This document shows positions 1 to 9,629 of a stretch of 40,123 nucleotides of DNA, piece after piece. The notes below the pieces were generated by a model, which was given only the letters and a program-made list of their open reading frames with translations, had not been told where the DNA came from and did no database searches. Made by a program: the position numbers and the translations under genes. Where the stretch lies: IMG/VR virus record IMGVR_UViG_2537562231_000015, positions 1 through 40,123 of that record. One strand, written 5' to 3'. Numbering within the stretch: the stretch's first letter is position 1; each line of letters opens with the position of its first letter. This stretch comes from a virus. Taxonomy: Duplodnaviria > Heunggongvirae > Uroviricota > Caudoviricetes.

Positions 1-1188
1 TTATCTGCTCCAACATCTCGTGTTGCGGCGGTCCCTAACTGGAGCGCATTTCGGAAGGCTGATACATCAGAAATATCAGCTCCATTAGCCGATTTCTGCA
101 TAGCTCCGGAGGCTTTATTTATCGTTTCTCCCAAACCAAGGTATGTGAGAAGACCAGCTACATCCTTTCCACTCAAATTAGTCAGCGTATTGTCCAGCGG
201 TTGTTTACCTGCCAGTGCATTAAGCATTGTCGTGGCAAAGTTCGGGTCATTCCCCAGCGCCGCCGCCAGTTCGTTCAGTGTATCCAGTGCCGCAGGTGCA
301 GAACCCACCATTGCCGCAATCGCCGATTTCACAAATGCCGTGGTGGCAATCTGTGTATTGTTGACCGACTGTGCCGCAGTAGGTGCGGTTGGCGTTCCGG
401 TGAGTGCCGGACTCGACAGCGGCGCTTTCAGTGCCAGCGCATTGTTAATGGTGGTACTGAATTTCGGGTCATTGTTAATGGCTGCGGCAATTTCTTTCAG
501 CGTGTCCAGCGTGGCTGGCGCACCATTAATCAGGGTCGTCAGTGCCGCCTGAACAAACGCGGTGGTCGCAAGCTGCGTTGTATTATTCCCCGCCGCTGGC
601 GTTGGCGCTTTGGGGGTTCCGGTAAACGTCGGGCTGTCTTTTGGCGCATACTGTGAATGCGGGTCCGGTGCGGCAAGATGTTTTGCCATCTGATCATCCG
701 CGTACACCTTCAGCTCCAGTACCTTATCATCCACATACTTGCGGGTTGCCAGCACTACGGCAGGGTCAATTTTCAGTGTGATATTGTCCGTACTGCTGGT
801 AATCAGCACCATGCGCACGGTCTGGGTACGCCCGCTGCCTTCAGCCAGTTGCGGTTTATAGCTTTCCGGGCAGTTCCCCACGGCAATCAATGCCCCTGAC
901 TCATCAAACAGGCCCACTTCACGTATCCACCAACCGCCCTCGTTTTCAGGGATCACCTGTTCAGCAATAATCTGGCTGCTATTCTGCGGGTCGATATAAA
1001 GCATATTCAGCGCAGCCCGGCGTTTCTCATTTACCAGTGCCGTCTGCTTTGCGTCCGGCGTTGGCAATACTCCGCCGCCATCGCCCACCGCCATATGGGT
1101 AATTTTTAGCGGCACACCGAGCGCGGCGGCGCTGGCAAGTTTCGCCGCGCCAATATCCGTCAGCAGGGTATAAAATTTTGTGCTCATG
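1..1188 (-). CDS. H: Tail fiber protein (P2 gpH-like), 5' part only; gene continues beyond window start
   Basis: Minus-strand frame open from ATG at 1186-1188 to the window edge; translation MSTKFYTLLTDIGAAKLASAA... resembles P2 gpH N-terminus; lies downstream of gene I as in P2. Confidence 0.8.
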
Positions 1189-1789
1189 GATTCACTCTCA
1201 TTGTGTCAATAACATGGACCGCCCCGCCTTCATGCGCGGTGCCACCGGAAATAATCGTTTCGTTGATATACGGATAGATCGTGATTTCTTCGCCAAGATA
1301 GCTGGCGGCTCCCACCCAATGCGGTCCGCTGGTCTGCAGATTGATGGACATGCCGATCATGTGGCGGCTACATGGTTTGGCATCGCTTATCAGTCGCTCA
1401 AGTTCCAGATAGGTATCTTCAGTGATGCCCTGGTCCTGCACGCCGATATCCAGGCGAAACGTGCCCGGTGCCTCTCCGGTCTGCCACCACTCAATAATGC
1501 GGATCAGAAAGCCGAACGGCTCCACCACCCGCCGCACGGCACTGGTGGTCCCTTTATGCTGATGAATATAAAAAGCATCCTTCACCACCTGGCGCTTGAC
1601 GCTTTCTGTCCAGCCCTCGTCCCAGCGATCCACAGAGAACGCCCAGGCGAGATAAGGCAGGAAACTGACCGGACAGGTTGCCGGATTCCACAAGTCACGA
1701 AGCGGCACCTGCAGATCAGAAATCCCGCTGCAGGTTTGCGCCAGTCGGCGCTCCAGTGGTGTTGAACCCGGTGGCAGCAGACTATTCAT
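1184..1789 (-). CDS. I: Tail/baseplate protein (P2 gpI-like)
   Basis: 201-aa ORF; position between J and H in conserved P2 order; overlaps H start. Confidence 0.8.
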   Translation of the reverse strand: MNSLLPPGSTPLERRLAQTCSGISDLQVPLRDLWNPATCPVSFLPYLAWAFSVDRWDEGWTESVKRQVVKDAFYIHQHKGTTSAVRRVVEPFGFLIRIIEWWQTGEAPGTFRLDIGVQDQGITEDTYLELERLISDAKPCSRHMIGMSINLQTSGPHWVGAASYLGEEITIYPYINETIISGGTAHEGGAVHVIDTMRVNP

Positions 1790-2690
1790 CCGTTCCTCCG
1801 TTGGTTACGCTCCACTGCGTACATGATGCCGCCTGTGTTTTGTTCAGGACCACATCCGCCAGAGGAGAAGCCAGCTCCACACGCTGCACCCCCTCAACAT
1901 GCAGGGCGGCAAAGATGGCGCTACGGCGAATATCCCGACCAAGACGCGTCTGACTGGCGATGTACTTCTGCAGGCTGGCTTTTGCCGCTGCCATTACCGG
2001 CTCTGCTTCCGGTCCAGGATAGAGAAAAATGGTGGCTTCCACGCGATACGGGATGATTTCTGCGCTGCGAACCGTAAGACGGTCAGCCACCGGGCGGACG
2101 TTCTCACTGTTCAGAGCTTTTTCCACCACGTCCAGCAGGTCTTTTTCTGCGGTTCCATCGCCTTCGCGGCTAAGGACAGTCAGCACCACCTCTGCAGGTG
2201 CCGGGCTGGTTGCACTGGCATCCGCCACCCGACCGTCGGCGCTTCGGGCATGAAATTCATAAGCTGCAGTTGGCCCCGCAACTGAAAGCCCTTCAAAGGC
2301 TGCAGGCACACGCAGGCGTAACGCTTCATCGCTTTCCATCACAGCTGCAACGGGCGGCACAGCGTCATTATCAGCAGGCGTCACCGTCAGGCGTTTCACG
2401 TTGTAGTTGGCAGCGAGCTGGTCAAGATCGCTGCCCATCGCGTAAGCCACCATCACAGCCTGCGCGGCTTCGTTAATGCGCTGGCGCAGAAGCAACTCAC
2501 GGTAAGCGTTCTCCTGCAGCAATTTGGTGACGGGTTCAGATTCCAGTTCCAGCGTGCGGATCACTGCTTCCTGCTCATCTTTCGGATGAAGCGCAACAAA
2601 TTCGGCCTTGCGTTCGGCAAGCAGCGTCTCAAAGTCCGGCACATCCACAATCTGCGGCGCAGGCAACTGCGAAAGGTCAATCACTGCCAT
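1782..2690 (-). CDS. J: Baseplate assembly protein J (P2 gpJ-like)
   Basis: ORF 1782..2729; start trimmed to MAVIDLSQLPAP which matches the gpJ N-terminal pattern; synteny W-J-I. Confidence 0.8.
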   Translation of the reverse strand: MAVIDLSQLPAPQIVDVPDFETLLAERKAEFVALHPKDEQEAVIRTLELESEPVTKLLQENAYRELLLRQRINEAAQAVMVAYAMGSDLDQLAANYNVKRLTVTPADNDAVPPVAAVMESDEALRLRVPAAFEGLSVAGPTAAYEFHARSADGRVADASATSPAPAEVVLTVLSREGDGTAEKDLLDVVEKALNSENVRPVADRLTVRSAEIIPYRVEATIFLYPGPEAEPVMAAAKASLQKYIASQTRLGRDIRRSAIFAALHVEGVQRVELASPLADVVLNKTQAASCTQWSVTNGGTDE

Positions 2691-3036
2691 TCTCTGCTCC
2701 AGTTGATACGGAAAGGGAAACAGGCACACCGTTATTACGCCGCCCGCTCAGCGCCACCACCATTGAACCGTCAAAATTGCTGTTAATGGTGATGGAATCC
2801 AGCGTCAGCCGTGGCTCCCAGCGACTCAGCGCCACATACACTGCCGACATGACCTGCAGGCGTAATGCCGGATTTTGTGGCTGGTCTATTAGCGACGACA
2901 GCAGGGAACCATATTCACGACGAGCAATGCGGCTACCCTGCGGCGTCAGCAGAATGTCCCGCACCGACTGGCGCAGATGGTCAATATCAGTAATGACTTT
3001 GCCGCTGGTATTGTTCATCCCGCTATAAAGCGTCAT
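2677..3036 (-). CDS. W: Baseplate wedge protein W (gp25-like)
   Basis: 119-aa ORF, size and position typical of P2 gpW; overlaps J start. Confidence 0.8.
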   Translation of the reverse strand: MTLYSGMNNTSGKVITDIDHLRQSVRDILLTPQGSRIARREYGSLLSSLIDQPQNPALRLQVMSAVYVALSRWEPRLTLDSITINSNFDGSMVVALSGRRNNGVPVSLSVSTGAENGSD

Positions 3037-3611
3037 ACCGGGCCTCCGGTTGTATCGCCGCCTTTCAGGACGCCAGTATGCTGATGCGCATCAACCACGA
3101 TCCCGTTAGAACTCATCGCTCCGCCGCCCTGGGTAACGCCACCATTGATCACCACTTCGCTGTTAATGCGCGTGCGGTCAGCCTCCAGTACAAACTCACT
3201 GGTTTTCATGGTGATGTTGTCAGCGGCCTCAATGACCATTGATTTGATGCCCCTGACATACCAGCGCCCGGTGGCGGGTTCGTATTCAAACCAGCCACCG
3301 TCAGGATGTTCTGTCACGCAGGCGTCCGCCGACGTCGACGGTGGCGCGAACTGATTCGAATAGATGGCGGGTAACGCAAAGGCGGTTTCCAGATTGCCGC
3401 CCAGACTCAGCAGCACCACCTGCTCACCTTCCGATGGTCGCCACCATGTGCGGGCATTCCCGGCACGCAGCGTCAGCCAGCTGATCCAGTTGGTTTCAAG
3501 CTCGCCCGTTTTCACCCGGCAAAGCCAGTTTTCCCTGTCCACTTCGGTGACTACCCCTGTGCGGATCAGGTTGGTGATAAGGCGCATGATTTCGGTTAAT
3601 TGTGCGTTCAT
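3033..3611 (-). CDS. V: Baseplate spike/assembly protein V
   Basis: 192-aa ORF in V position of the P2 gene order. Confidence 0.8.
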   Translation of the reverse strand: MNAQLTEIMRLITNLIRTGVVTEVDRENWLCRVKTGELETNWISWLTLRAGNARTWWRPSEGEQVVLLSLGGNLETAFALPAIYSNQFAPPSTSADACVTEHPDGGWFEYEPATGRWYVRGIKSMVIEAADNITMKTSEFVLEADRTRINSEVVINGGVTQGGGAMSSNGIVVDAHQHTGVLKGGDTTGGPV

Positions 3612-3679
3612 AGGGAAAGGTTGCCATCAGGGGAAGAAAGGCGGCAGTGCTGCAACTTGTATCAGTGCTGATACAAAGA

Positions 3680-4126
3680 TCACCCCGCCAGCCATTGCAG
3701 AATCATGTCGCGGGTCATTGCCTCAACATCATCATTTACACCCAGCAGGCGGCGCTCTGCGTAACGGACCTCCGGTCCTTTGCGACTGACGCGATCACGC
3801 AGGCCGTAATGGTGAACACGGGCAATACGCTGCACCTTGCCTTCAAACTGTACGCTGGCAGAGTCGGCGCTGGCGGCAGTTTTCAGGTATTTTGTGGTGC
3901 GCAGCTTTGCAAACATCTGACGTTTGATGCGCCCCTTCTTGCTGCGTGCTGTTACCCTGCGCGGTTCATAACTGCTGCCATCTGGATTGCGCTGCATCCT
4001 GATATTCTGCTGCTGTGTCCGGCGCAGTTCCTGCGCCAGCTGGCGCATCATGCGGCTTCTCGTGGCTGGTTCCAGATTCGCCAGCAAGGCACTCAGCCAG
4101 TCGTCCACTTTCTGCAGTTCAGCCAC
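3680..4126 (-). CDS. S: Tail completion protein S
   Basis: 148-aa ORF, synteny R-S-V. Confidence 0.75.
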   Translation of the reverse strand: MAELQKVDDWLSALLANLEPATRSRMMRQLAQELRRTQQQNIRMQRNPDGSSYEPRRVTARSKKGRIKRQMFAKLRTTKYLKTAASADSASVQFEGKVQRIARVHHYGLRDRVSRKGPEVRYAERRLLGVNDDVEAMTRDMILQWLAG

Positions 4127-4571
4127 GTTTCACCGTCCACATTTCTTCAGGTTCATCGGGTTCTGCTACAGCTTCAACGCTCGACACACTGCCGTCAGTG
4201 CTGACCAGCACACGTTCCGTCAGTTGCAGGTTAAGACTGATATCACAGACATCGTTGCGCAAAATATCCACATCAAAGGTGAATAGCTTTTCCCGTAACG
4301 CCGGGTTATTGATGGCATCGGGCTGGTTATCCCGCAGCCACAGCAAAACCGGGGCCATAAGCAGATTCTGGTCGCCGCTGAAATCCTCTATCACCACGTT
4401 CAGGGTGTAGCGGTACTCCCATGACATGGAGCTGGCCCCCGTGGCAACCAGCGAACCGTTATCCACAAACAGATGCAGTTTGTCCGGGTTATTGCGGGCA
4501 TAAGGCACCGCTTTATTGAGGGCGTGGCGCAGGGATTGTGGTTTGTTCACTGTTTCGCTCCTGACACGCAA
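4119..4571 (-). CDS. R: Tail completion protein R
   Basis: 150-aa ORF, synteny lysB-R-S, overlaps S start. Confidence 0.75.
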   Translation of the reverse strand: MRVRSETVNKPQSLRHALNKAVPYARNNPDKLHLFVDNGSLVATGASSMSWEYRYTLNVVIEDFSGDQNLLMAPVLLWLRDNQPDAINNPALREKLFTFDVDILRNDVCDISLNLQLTERVLVSTDGSVSSVEAVAEPDEPEEMWTVKRG

Positions 4572-4803
4572 TAATCATGTCCACTTTGTCTGCACAGACC
4601 GCCCAGGCGGCCTCCGTTTCATCCTGCAACGCGTTCAGGTCACCGTTAGTGCGCGGCGCTGCCTGCCCCAGCCGACACGGCGTCACTCGCGGACAACCAC
4701 TGACGGTAAGCTGCACCTCCGGTGAGTGCCGGACGTTCCCGCAGCCGGATAATGTCAGCAGGCAAAGGAGTATCAGCCCAGCGGCGTAAATCCTCGTTCT
4801 CAC
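4513..4803 (-). CDS. lysC: LysC-like o-spanin lipoprotein (Rz1-like), embedded in alternate frame of lysB 3' region
   Basis: 96-aa ORF with lipobox-like LTLSGC near N-terminus; overlaps the lysB ORF out of frame. Confidence 0.5.
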   Translation of the reverse strand: MRTRIYAAGLILLCLLTLSGCGNVRHSPEVQLTVSGCPRVTPCRLGQAAPRTNGDLNALQDETEAAWAVCADKVDMIIACQERNSEQTTIPAPRPQ

Positions 4804-5074
4804 GTTTCAGTTCCTCAATCCGGTGTTGTCGTTGTCTCAGTAGTGCGCTGGTCTGTTCTGCGTCGGCATAGAGTCGCGCCTGCTCCCGGTTGTTGGTTTC
4901 TGTCAGAATGGACAGGCTGATAAGCTGGCTGTTGCTCTTTGCCAGTGCCTGGCTTTTGCTCCGAAGCACATCTGCCTGCATGCTGATGGTCTGGCTGGCA
5001 TCAGCCAGCCGCCACGTCTGCCAGCCCAGCGCCGCCAGTAATAACGCCAGCACAACCAGCAGCAACCGGTTCAT
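4646..5074 (-). CDS. lysB: LysB-like i-spanin (Rz-like)
   Basis: 142-aa ORF with N-terminal hydrophobic segment and coiled-coil-like charged region; follows lysA. Confidence 0.7.
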   Translation of the reverse strand: MNRLLLVVLALLLAALGWQTWRLADASQTISMQADVLRSKSQALAKSNSQLISLSILTETNNREQARLYADAEQTSALLRQRQHRIEELKRENEDLRRWADTPLPADIIRLRERPALTGGAAYRQWLSASDAVSAGAGSAAH

Positions 5075-5448
5075 GCTGCTACCTGTTGCGCCATCTGATT
5101 ACGGGTGATCCAGAAGGCAATAACGGTCAGTAGATAAAAGACCAGGGTAATAGCCCACCCCGTCCAGGCGAGACTGACGACAATCAGCAATCGCATCATC
5201 CAGCTGATAAATACGTTTTCTTTTCGGGTAATTGTCTTCAGCAAAGATGCCCTCAACTCCTGCCAGAGCGGGCCGTTCTTAATTAACGCAGCCAGTGATA
5301 CCGGAATTACTGCCCATGTCAGCAGACAGGCTACCCAGACACCAGATGCTGCCAGTACCGGAAAAATCCCCTGCGGATACACCATTGCGGCGATTAACAG
5401 CGCTATCCATAACATCAGAAACAGCCCGCTGATTACTTTCTTTTTCAT
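5071..5448 (-). CDS. lysA: LysA-like multi-pass membrane protein (lysis timing)
   Basis: ORF 5071..5520; start trimmed to MKKKV preceded by AGGGAG; several hydrophobic helices. Confidence 0.6.
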   Translation of the reverse strand: MKKKVISGLFLMLWIALLIAAMVYPQGIFPVLAASGVWVACLLTWAVIPVSLAALIKNGPLWQELRASLLKTITRKENVFISWMMRLLIVVSLAWTGWAITLVFYLLTVIAFWITRNQMAQQVAA

Positions 5449-5449
5449 T

Positions 5450-5962
5450 TCAGTTTGCTCCCTGTAAGCACCAGGCCATCTCCCGCGCACGGCGGTTATC
5501 CAGCCCCTGATTAAACACACCTTTTACATACACCCAGCGCGGCAACTGTCGGCACGCATCCGCCCAGCGCCGCTGATTGAGCAATTTCACCAGCGTGGAA
5601 CTGCAGGCATTGCCCGTACCCACGTTGAAGGCAAACGACACCGCAGCGTCATACACCTTCTGCGGCGGCTGTTGCTTCACACACCTTTCCAGCGCCCGCT
5701 CCACACGCAGCACGTTGGAGATCAGCCCTTCTGCTGCCTGTCGCTCCGTAATGGTTTTGCCGGGAATGACGCCCGACGTATTACCAATGCCGTCGGTCCA
5801 GACACCCGCGCTGCACTGATACGGCTGCAGACGACAACCTTCGTAATCGGCAATCAATTTCAGCCCTTCCACGGAGGTGTGAAGCTGCTGAAAACCCGGC
5901 AGCGTGGCAGCAATAGCCAGCACGGCCCCGACAAGGCAGCGTTTAACGATTGATGGATTCAT
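5450..5962 (-). CDS. K: Endolysin (P2 gpK-like lysozyme)
   Basis: 170-aa ORF in K position of the P2 lysis cassette; N-terminal signal-anchor-like segment. Confidence 0.8.
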   Translation of the reverse strand: MNPSIVKRCLVGAVLAIAATLPGFQQLHTSVEGLKLIADYEGCRLQPYQCSAGVWTDGIGNTSGVIPGKTITERQAAEGLISNVLRVERALERCVKQQPPQKVYDAAVSFAFNVGTGNACSSTLVKLLNQRRWADACRQLPRWVYVKGVFNQGLDNRRAREMAWCLQGAN

Positions 5963-6158
5963 AGTCCTCCCGCGAGATCTGCCCGTCGCGCAGAAGCTGG
6001 TAGGCTTTGTGTTTGTAGTACCAGTTGATAGCCAGCATCAGCACACCAATCATCAGGCCGCCCAGCGTTGAGGCATCCTTGATGGACAAATCGCCCAGCC
6101 AGGCCAGCACGACGGCGATGCAATACGTGATAAAGGCGCTGATTCGCTCAAGCGTCAT
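5943..6158 (-). CDS. Y: Putative holin
   Basis: 71-aa ORF with two hydrophobic helices and charged C-terminus, directly upstream of endolysin. Confidence 0.6.
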   Translation of the reverse strand: MTLERISAFITYCIAVVLAWLGDLSIKDASTLGGLMIGVLMLAINWYYKHKAYQLLRDGQISREDYESINR

Positions 6159-6161
6159 AAT

Positions 6162-6365
6162 TCAGTCCCATAGCTGGACGGTCTGCACGGTGGTGGTGGT
6201 CGGAATGTCCGGCAACTCCACCTGCAGCCCGTGAGGTAAAAAGGGGCCGTATTCGGCAAGCCCCGGATTTGCCTTCAGTACCTGCTCCGTGACACCCTGC
6301 GTGCGCCCGTAATGACGCCAGCAAAGCGCGTCCACCGTGTCATACTGATGCGCACGCACTTTCAT
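6162..6365 (-). CDS. X: Tail protein X
   Basis: 67-aa ORF in X position of P2 order. Confidence 0.75.
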   Translation of the reverse strand: MKVRAHQYDTVDALCWRHYGRTQGVTEQVLKANPGLAEYGPFLPHGLQVELPDIPTTTTVQTVQLWD

Positions 6366-6829
6366 CAGATAAGCTCCACTGTGCAGTGCGGCGCATCCTG
6401 CACCCGGCTGATGGCCCAGCGGGCGTCACGCCACAAATCACCGCTTGCTTCCGCCAGTTCCTCGCCCCGCTTCACACCGGACGCCGTGGCGTCATAGTCC
6501 TGGTAACGTTCGTTGAGCATGGCGCGTGCCCAGCAGTAAACCGCGTTGAAATAGTGCTGAATGCGCTCACTTTTGCCGTCCAGCTGTTCCGCCGGAACCT
6601 CTGCCAGCGAGGCATACCCCAGCATCTGCTGGCGTCTGCGAAACTCATACAGCTCTGCGTTGACCTCCGAAATTGCCGACAGCGCAACCTGCTTTAAACG
6701 CGGCTGCGTCACCGTGCCGTCAGTGCGCATCACGCTGCGAAACTCCGACAGGTCCACATCAGGCCAGAACGGCGTATTTCTGATGATTTCCGCCTGTTCC
6801 GGTGCCTGTTCTGGCGCAACAAACTTCAT
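6365..6829 (-). CDS. L: Head completion/stabilisation protein L
   Basis: ORF 6365..6892; start placed at MKFV preceded by GGAGAA; synteny M-L-X. Confidence 0.7.
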   Translation of the reverse strand: MKFVAPEQAPEQAEIIRNTPFWPDVDLSEFRSVMRTDGTVTQPRLKQVALSAISEVNAELYEFRRRQQMLGYASLAEVPAEQLDGKSERIQHYFNAVYCWARAMLNERYQDYDATASGVKRGEELAEASGDLWRDARWAISRVQDAPHCTVELI

Positions 6830-6924
6830 GCTGCTTTCTCCTGAAATAAAGGGCGGTGGACGGGGTTTTGATGTGGCAGTGCCTTTCGCCACCCCGTGCC
6901 GCCCGTGCGCGGGGGCACGTTCTG

Positions 6925-7575
6925 TCAGCGGCTGTCATTGCGCAGTCTGCGCTCCAGCTGCTGTTTGTCTTTTTTCACGCCACAGCGGGGATCGAGCTGT
7001 AACGCATGGTTGAGATGATTAAGGGCGGAAGCCGGATTGCTTTCACTCAGGACAGCGCCAATCGCTTTATGCAGACGTGCCCGTGACTGGTCCGGCATAT
7101 CCAGACCGTCTGTCAGCTCCAGCGTCTGCAGCAACAGATCAGCATCAAAGCCGGTGGCGGCAAGCATTGCGCTCTGCGCCGCGTCTGCCATTTCCTCTGC
7201 CAGCACGGTCTGCACGTTGCGGTTACCCAACGGCATCACCCAGCCATGACGCAGGGCGTGACGCCCGATCTCCAGCGCCCCGGCATAATCTCCGGCATCA
7301 ATGCGCCACAGCATCACGTACATCAGCACGTCATCCTGTTGCGCGCCTCCGCCAGCCAGGACACCCTCTGCCCAGGCGGCGTATTTCGGCAGCAGTTCCA
7401 CCTTGATTTCCGCTTTTTTGACCGTGGACTGAACGCCCTTGAGACGGCGGCGGTCTTCCGCCAGTTGCAGCAGCATCAGGTCATAGCCCGACGCGTGGCG
7501 AACACTGCCACCCTCGCGAGCGGCCTGTTCAGCCTGAACGCGCAGGCGATGCTGCCGTGCGGGACTCAGGCTCAT
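6925..7575 (-). CDS. M: Terminase small (endonuclease) subunit M
   Basis: 216-aa ORF in M position. Confidence 0.75.
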   Translation of the reverse strand: MSLSPARQHRLRVQAEQAAREGGSVRHASGYDLMLLQLAEDRRRLKGVQSTVKKAEIKVELLPKYAAWAEGVLAGGGAQQDDVLMYVMLWRIDAGDYAGALEIGRHALRHGWVMPLGNRNVQTVLAEEMADAAQSAMLAATGFDADLLLQTLELTDGLDMPDQSRARLHKAIGAVLSESNPASALNHLNHALQLDPRCGVKKDKQQLERRLRNDSR

Positions 7576-7578
7576 GAA

Positions 7579-8637
7579 TTACACTCCGGTTTCTGCTGCG
7601 GCGGCGCTGAAGTCACCAATCTGGATGTTTTCCACCAGTGCGGCGCAGCGGTAGTCCTCAACCACATAGGCTTCGTTAACGGATTCAAAATTTTCAATCC
7701 GGTCACGTTTCGGGTTGTCGATAACTGAACGGCGGCGGGTATCTTCCTGCCAGTAGATGGACAGGTTATCCAGACGGGTGATCAGCAGCGCATTCGGCGG
7801 GAAGAACGGCGCACGCACGGCCTGCAGGCCACCCATGCGTTTCTGACTGATGATCATATCGGCTGCCAGTTTTTCACTGTTTTCCTGCTCTTTGTTGACC
7901 AGCGGGAAATACTTGTCAGACAGCAGTTCACGACCGCAAATCACCACCAGATCGTCATCGTCCTGGTAGACCACGTCGATAAGCTCATTGACCGCATCCA
8001 TCACAACAGCGTCCAGGTTGGCATATTCGCCACCTTTCCCGACTTTCACCGCACCCGGTGTGGTTTCGCCGCCCGTGGTGGTGCTGCCCATGACGTGATC
8101 CGGTGCATCCTCACGGATTTTCTGCAGCCAGCCTTTGTTCACATCCTGCAGCAGCGGGTTTTCACTACGGTTGGAGGTTTTCGCACGCTTCACGCCGTTA
8201 AAGCCGATCATGATGCGGTCCAGTGCCTGACGTTTCACGATGGCGTCACGGATACGCACCTGGAAATCCTGAAACTTCGCCCACAGGTCCAGCTTCGCGT
8301 AGGTCAGCACCGTGTCAAAGTTGGTCTGCTCGCATTTGTATTCCACATCGACCATCAGCGTCGGATCGACAGGTTCACGCTCTTTCGCGGTGGTGTCAGT
8401 GGTTCCGGCAATGGTGCTGCCAACACCCAGCCCCAGCAGCTGACCGGACTGCTCAGTCACTGGCGTGACGTTAATCAGCGTCAGGAAAGCGGCGGACTGC
8501 TGGATCTGGTCTTCCAGCGTCTGCTGCACAGACGGCTCTACAGTGAACTTGCTGGACAGTTCTTCAACTGCCACACCGTTCAGACGTGCCAGTTGCTGCA
8601 GGTAAGCGTTAAAAGCAAAGCGGGTATTCTTCTTCAT
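7579..8637 (-). CDS. N: Major capsid protein N
   Basis: 352-aa ORF, size and position of P2 gpN. Confidence 0.85.
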   Translation of the reverse strand: MKKNTRFAFNAYLQQLARLNGVAVEELSSKFTVEPSVQQTLEDQIQQSAAFLTLINVTPVTEQSGQLLGLGVGSTIAGTTDTTAKEREPVDPTLMVDVEYKCEQTNFDTVLTYAKLDLWAKFQDFQVRIRDAIVKRQALDRIMIGFNGVKRAKTSNRSENPLLQDVNKGWLQKIREDAPDHVMGSTTTGGETTPGAVKVGKGGEYANLDAVVMDAVNELIDVVYQDDDDLVVICGRELLSDKYFPLVNKEQENSEKLAADMIISQKRMGGLQAVRAPFFPPNALLITRLDNLSIYWQEDTRRRSVIDNPKRDRIENFESVNEAYVVEDYRCAALVENIQIGDFSAAAAETGV

Positions 8638-8653
8638 CAGGTTTTGTGCTCCA

Positions 8654-9487
8654 TCAGCAATTGGTCAGAGTGTCAGCGGGGGCGTTACCGCCTGTTGCAC
8701 GCTGGCGGTAGTCCTGGCGGCTGTCTTCATGACTCAGCTTATTCACCAGTTCGTTAAAGGCGGTTTGCTGCTCCTGCAGAGCAGTCTCCAGCTCAGACAG
8801 GCGTTCTTCCTGCTCAGACAGGGATTTTTCGGTGCGTGCGCTCAGGTTCTGCTGCTCAGTGGCGACCAGCTCCACGGCCTTATGCACATCAGAGAACCGG
8901 GCGTCATCGGACTGCTCTTTTTTGGTAAACAGCGCCGTGACACGGGCAAACAGGGACGGCTTGTCCTCCTGGATTTCTTCCAGTTCGATCACCGTTTCCT
9001 CTGCAGCGGTAAAAAGATTGGCGGGATTCTGCTTGCGGTTTGTCAGCGGGTTATGGGCTGCACTGGCGCTGAATGTCAGCATTTCAGTGCCCAGACTGGC
9101 AGGGTCATCAGTGGCCGCCAGGCCGACCAGGTAGGCTTTGCCCGTATCAGCAAACTTCGGGCTGACTTCCATAGATGTGAATAATTTCTGGCCTTTTTTC
9201 ACCAGCTCCACCAGGGACTCCGTTGGCTCAACGTCGGCATACAGCGCCATCTTGCCCGCCAGCGGACCTTCCGTGATTTCTTCAGCAAACAGCGCCGTCA
9301 CCTTGCCGTAGCGGTTAAAGGTGCTGTCCGGCAGATAAGACTTAATGTGCTCAAGGTTAATCAGCGCGGTATACACCGCCGGGTTGTAGCTGGCTGCCAT
9401 CTGTTCCAGCCATTCACGCTGGATTTCACGTCCGTCGGTAGTGGCACCTTCCACCCCGATGCGAAAACGCTTTGCTTTCACTGTCAT
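8654..9487 (-). CDS. O: Capsid scaffolding protein O
   Basis: 277-aa ORF, acidic coiled-coil-like C-terminus, divergent from P. Confidence 0.85.
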   Translation of the reverse strand: MTVKAKRFRIGVEGATTDGREIQREWLEQMAASYNPAVYTALINLEHIKSYLPDSTFNRYGKVTALFAEEITEGPLAGKMALYADVEPTESLVELVKKGQKLFTSMEVSPKFADTGKAYLVGLAATDDPASLGTEMLTFSASAAHNPLTNRKQNPANLFTAAEETVIELEEIQEDKPSLFARVTALFTKKEQSDDARFSDVHKAVELVATEQQNLSARTEKSLSEQEERLSELETALQEQQTAFNELVNKLSHEDSRQDYRQRATGGNAPADTLTNC

Positions 9488-9564
9488 GAGCCGTGCTCCG
9501 TTAGAAAAAACTTACTGGAGCCTTATGGTTGCGGTGATGGGGGCAGTGAAACAATGCGCGGTAT

Positions 9565-9582
9565 TTGTACCGACAACCACAC
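9565..9582. promoter_or_regulatory. TGT-N12-ACA dyad in O/P divergent intergenic region (candidate Ogr-type late activator site)
   Basis: TGTaccgacaaccacACA between the O and P starts; motif also expected by chance about ten times in 40 kb. Confidence 0.3.
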
Positions 9583-9629
9583 AAACCGCAGGCGGGGAAA
9601 GCCTTCATTCAAGGCTGTAGGTTTGTGCC

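Noticed and set aside
145-899. Plus-strand ORFs of 135, 151 and 80 aa at the window start
   Set aside because: They lie antisense to the tail fiber gene H, whose minus-strand translation matches gpH; the plus-strand translations are low-complexity, repeat-derived artefacts of the fiber repeats.
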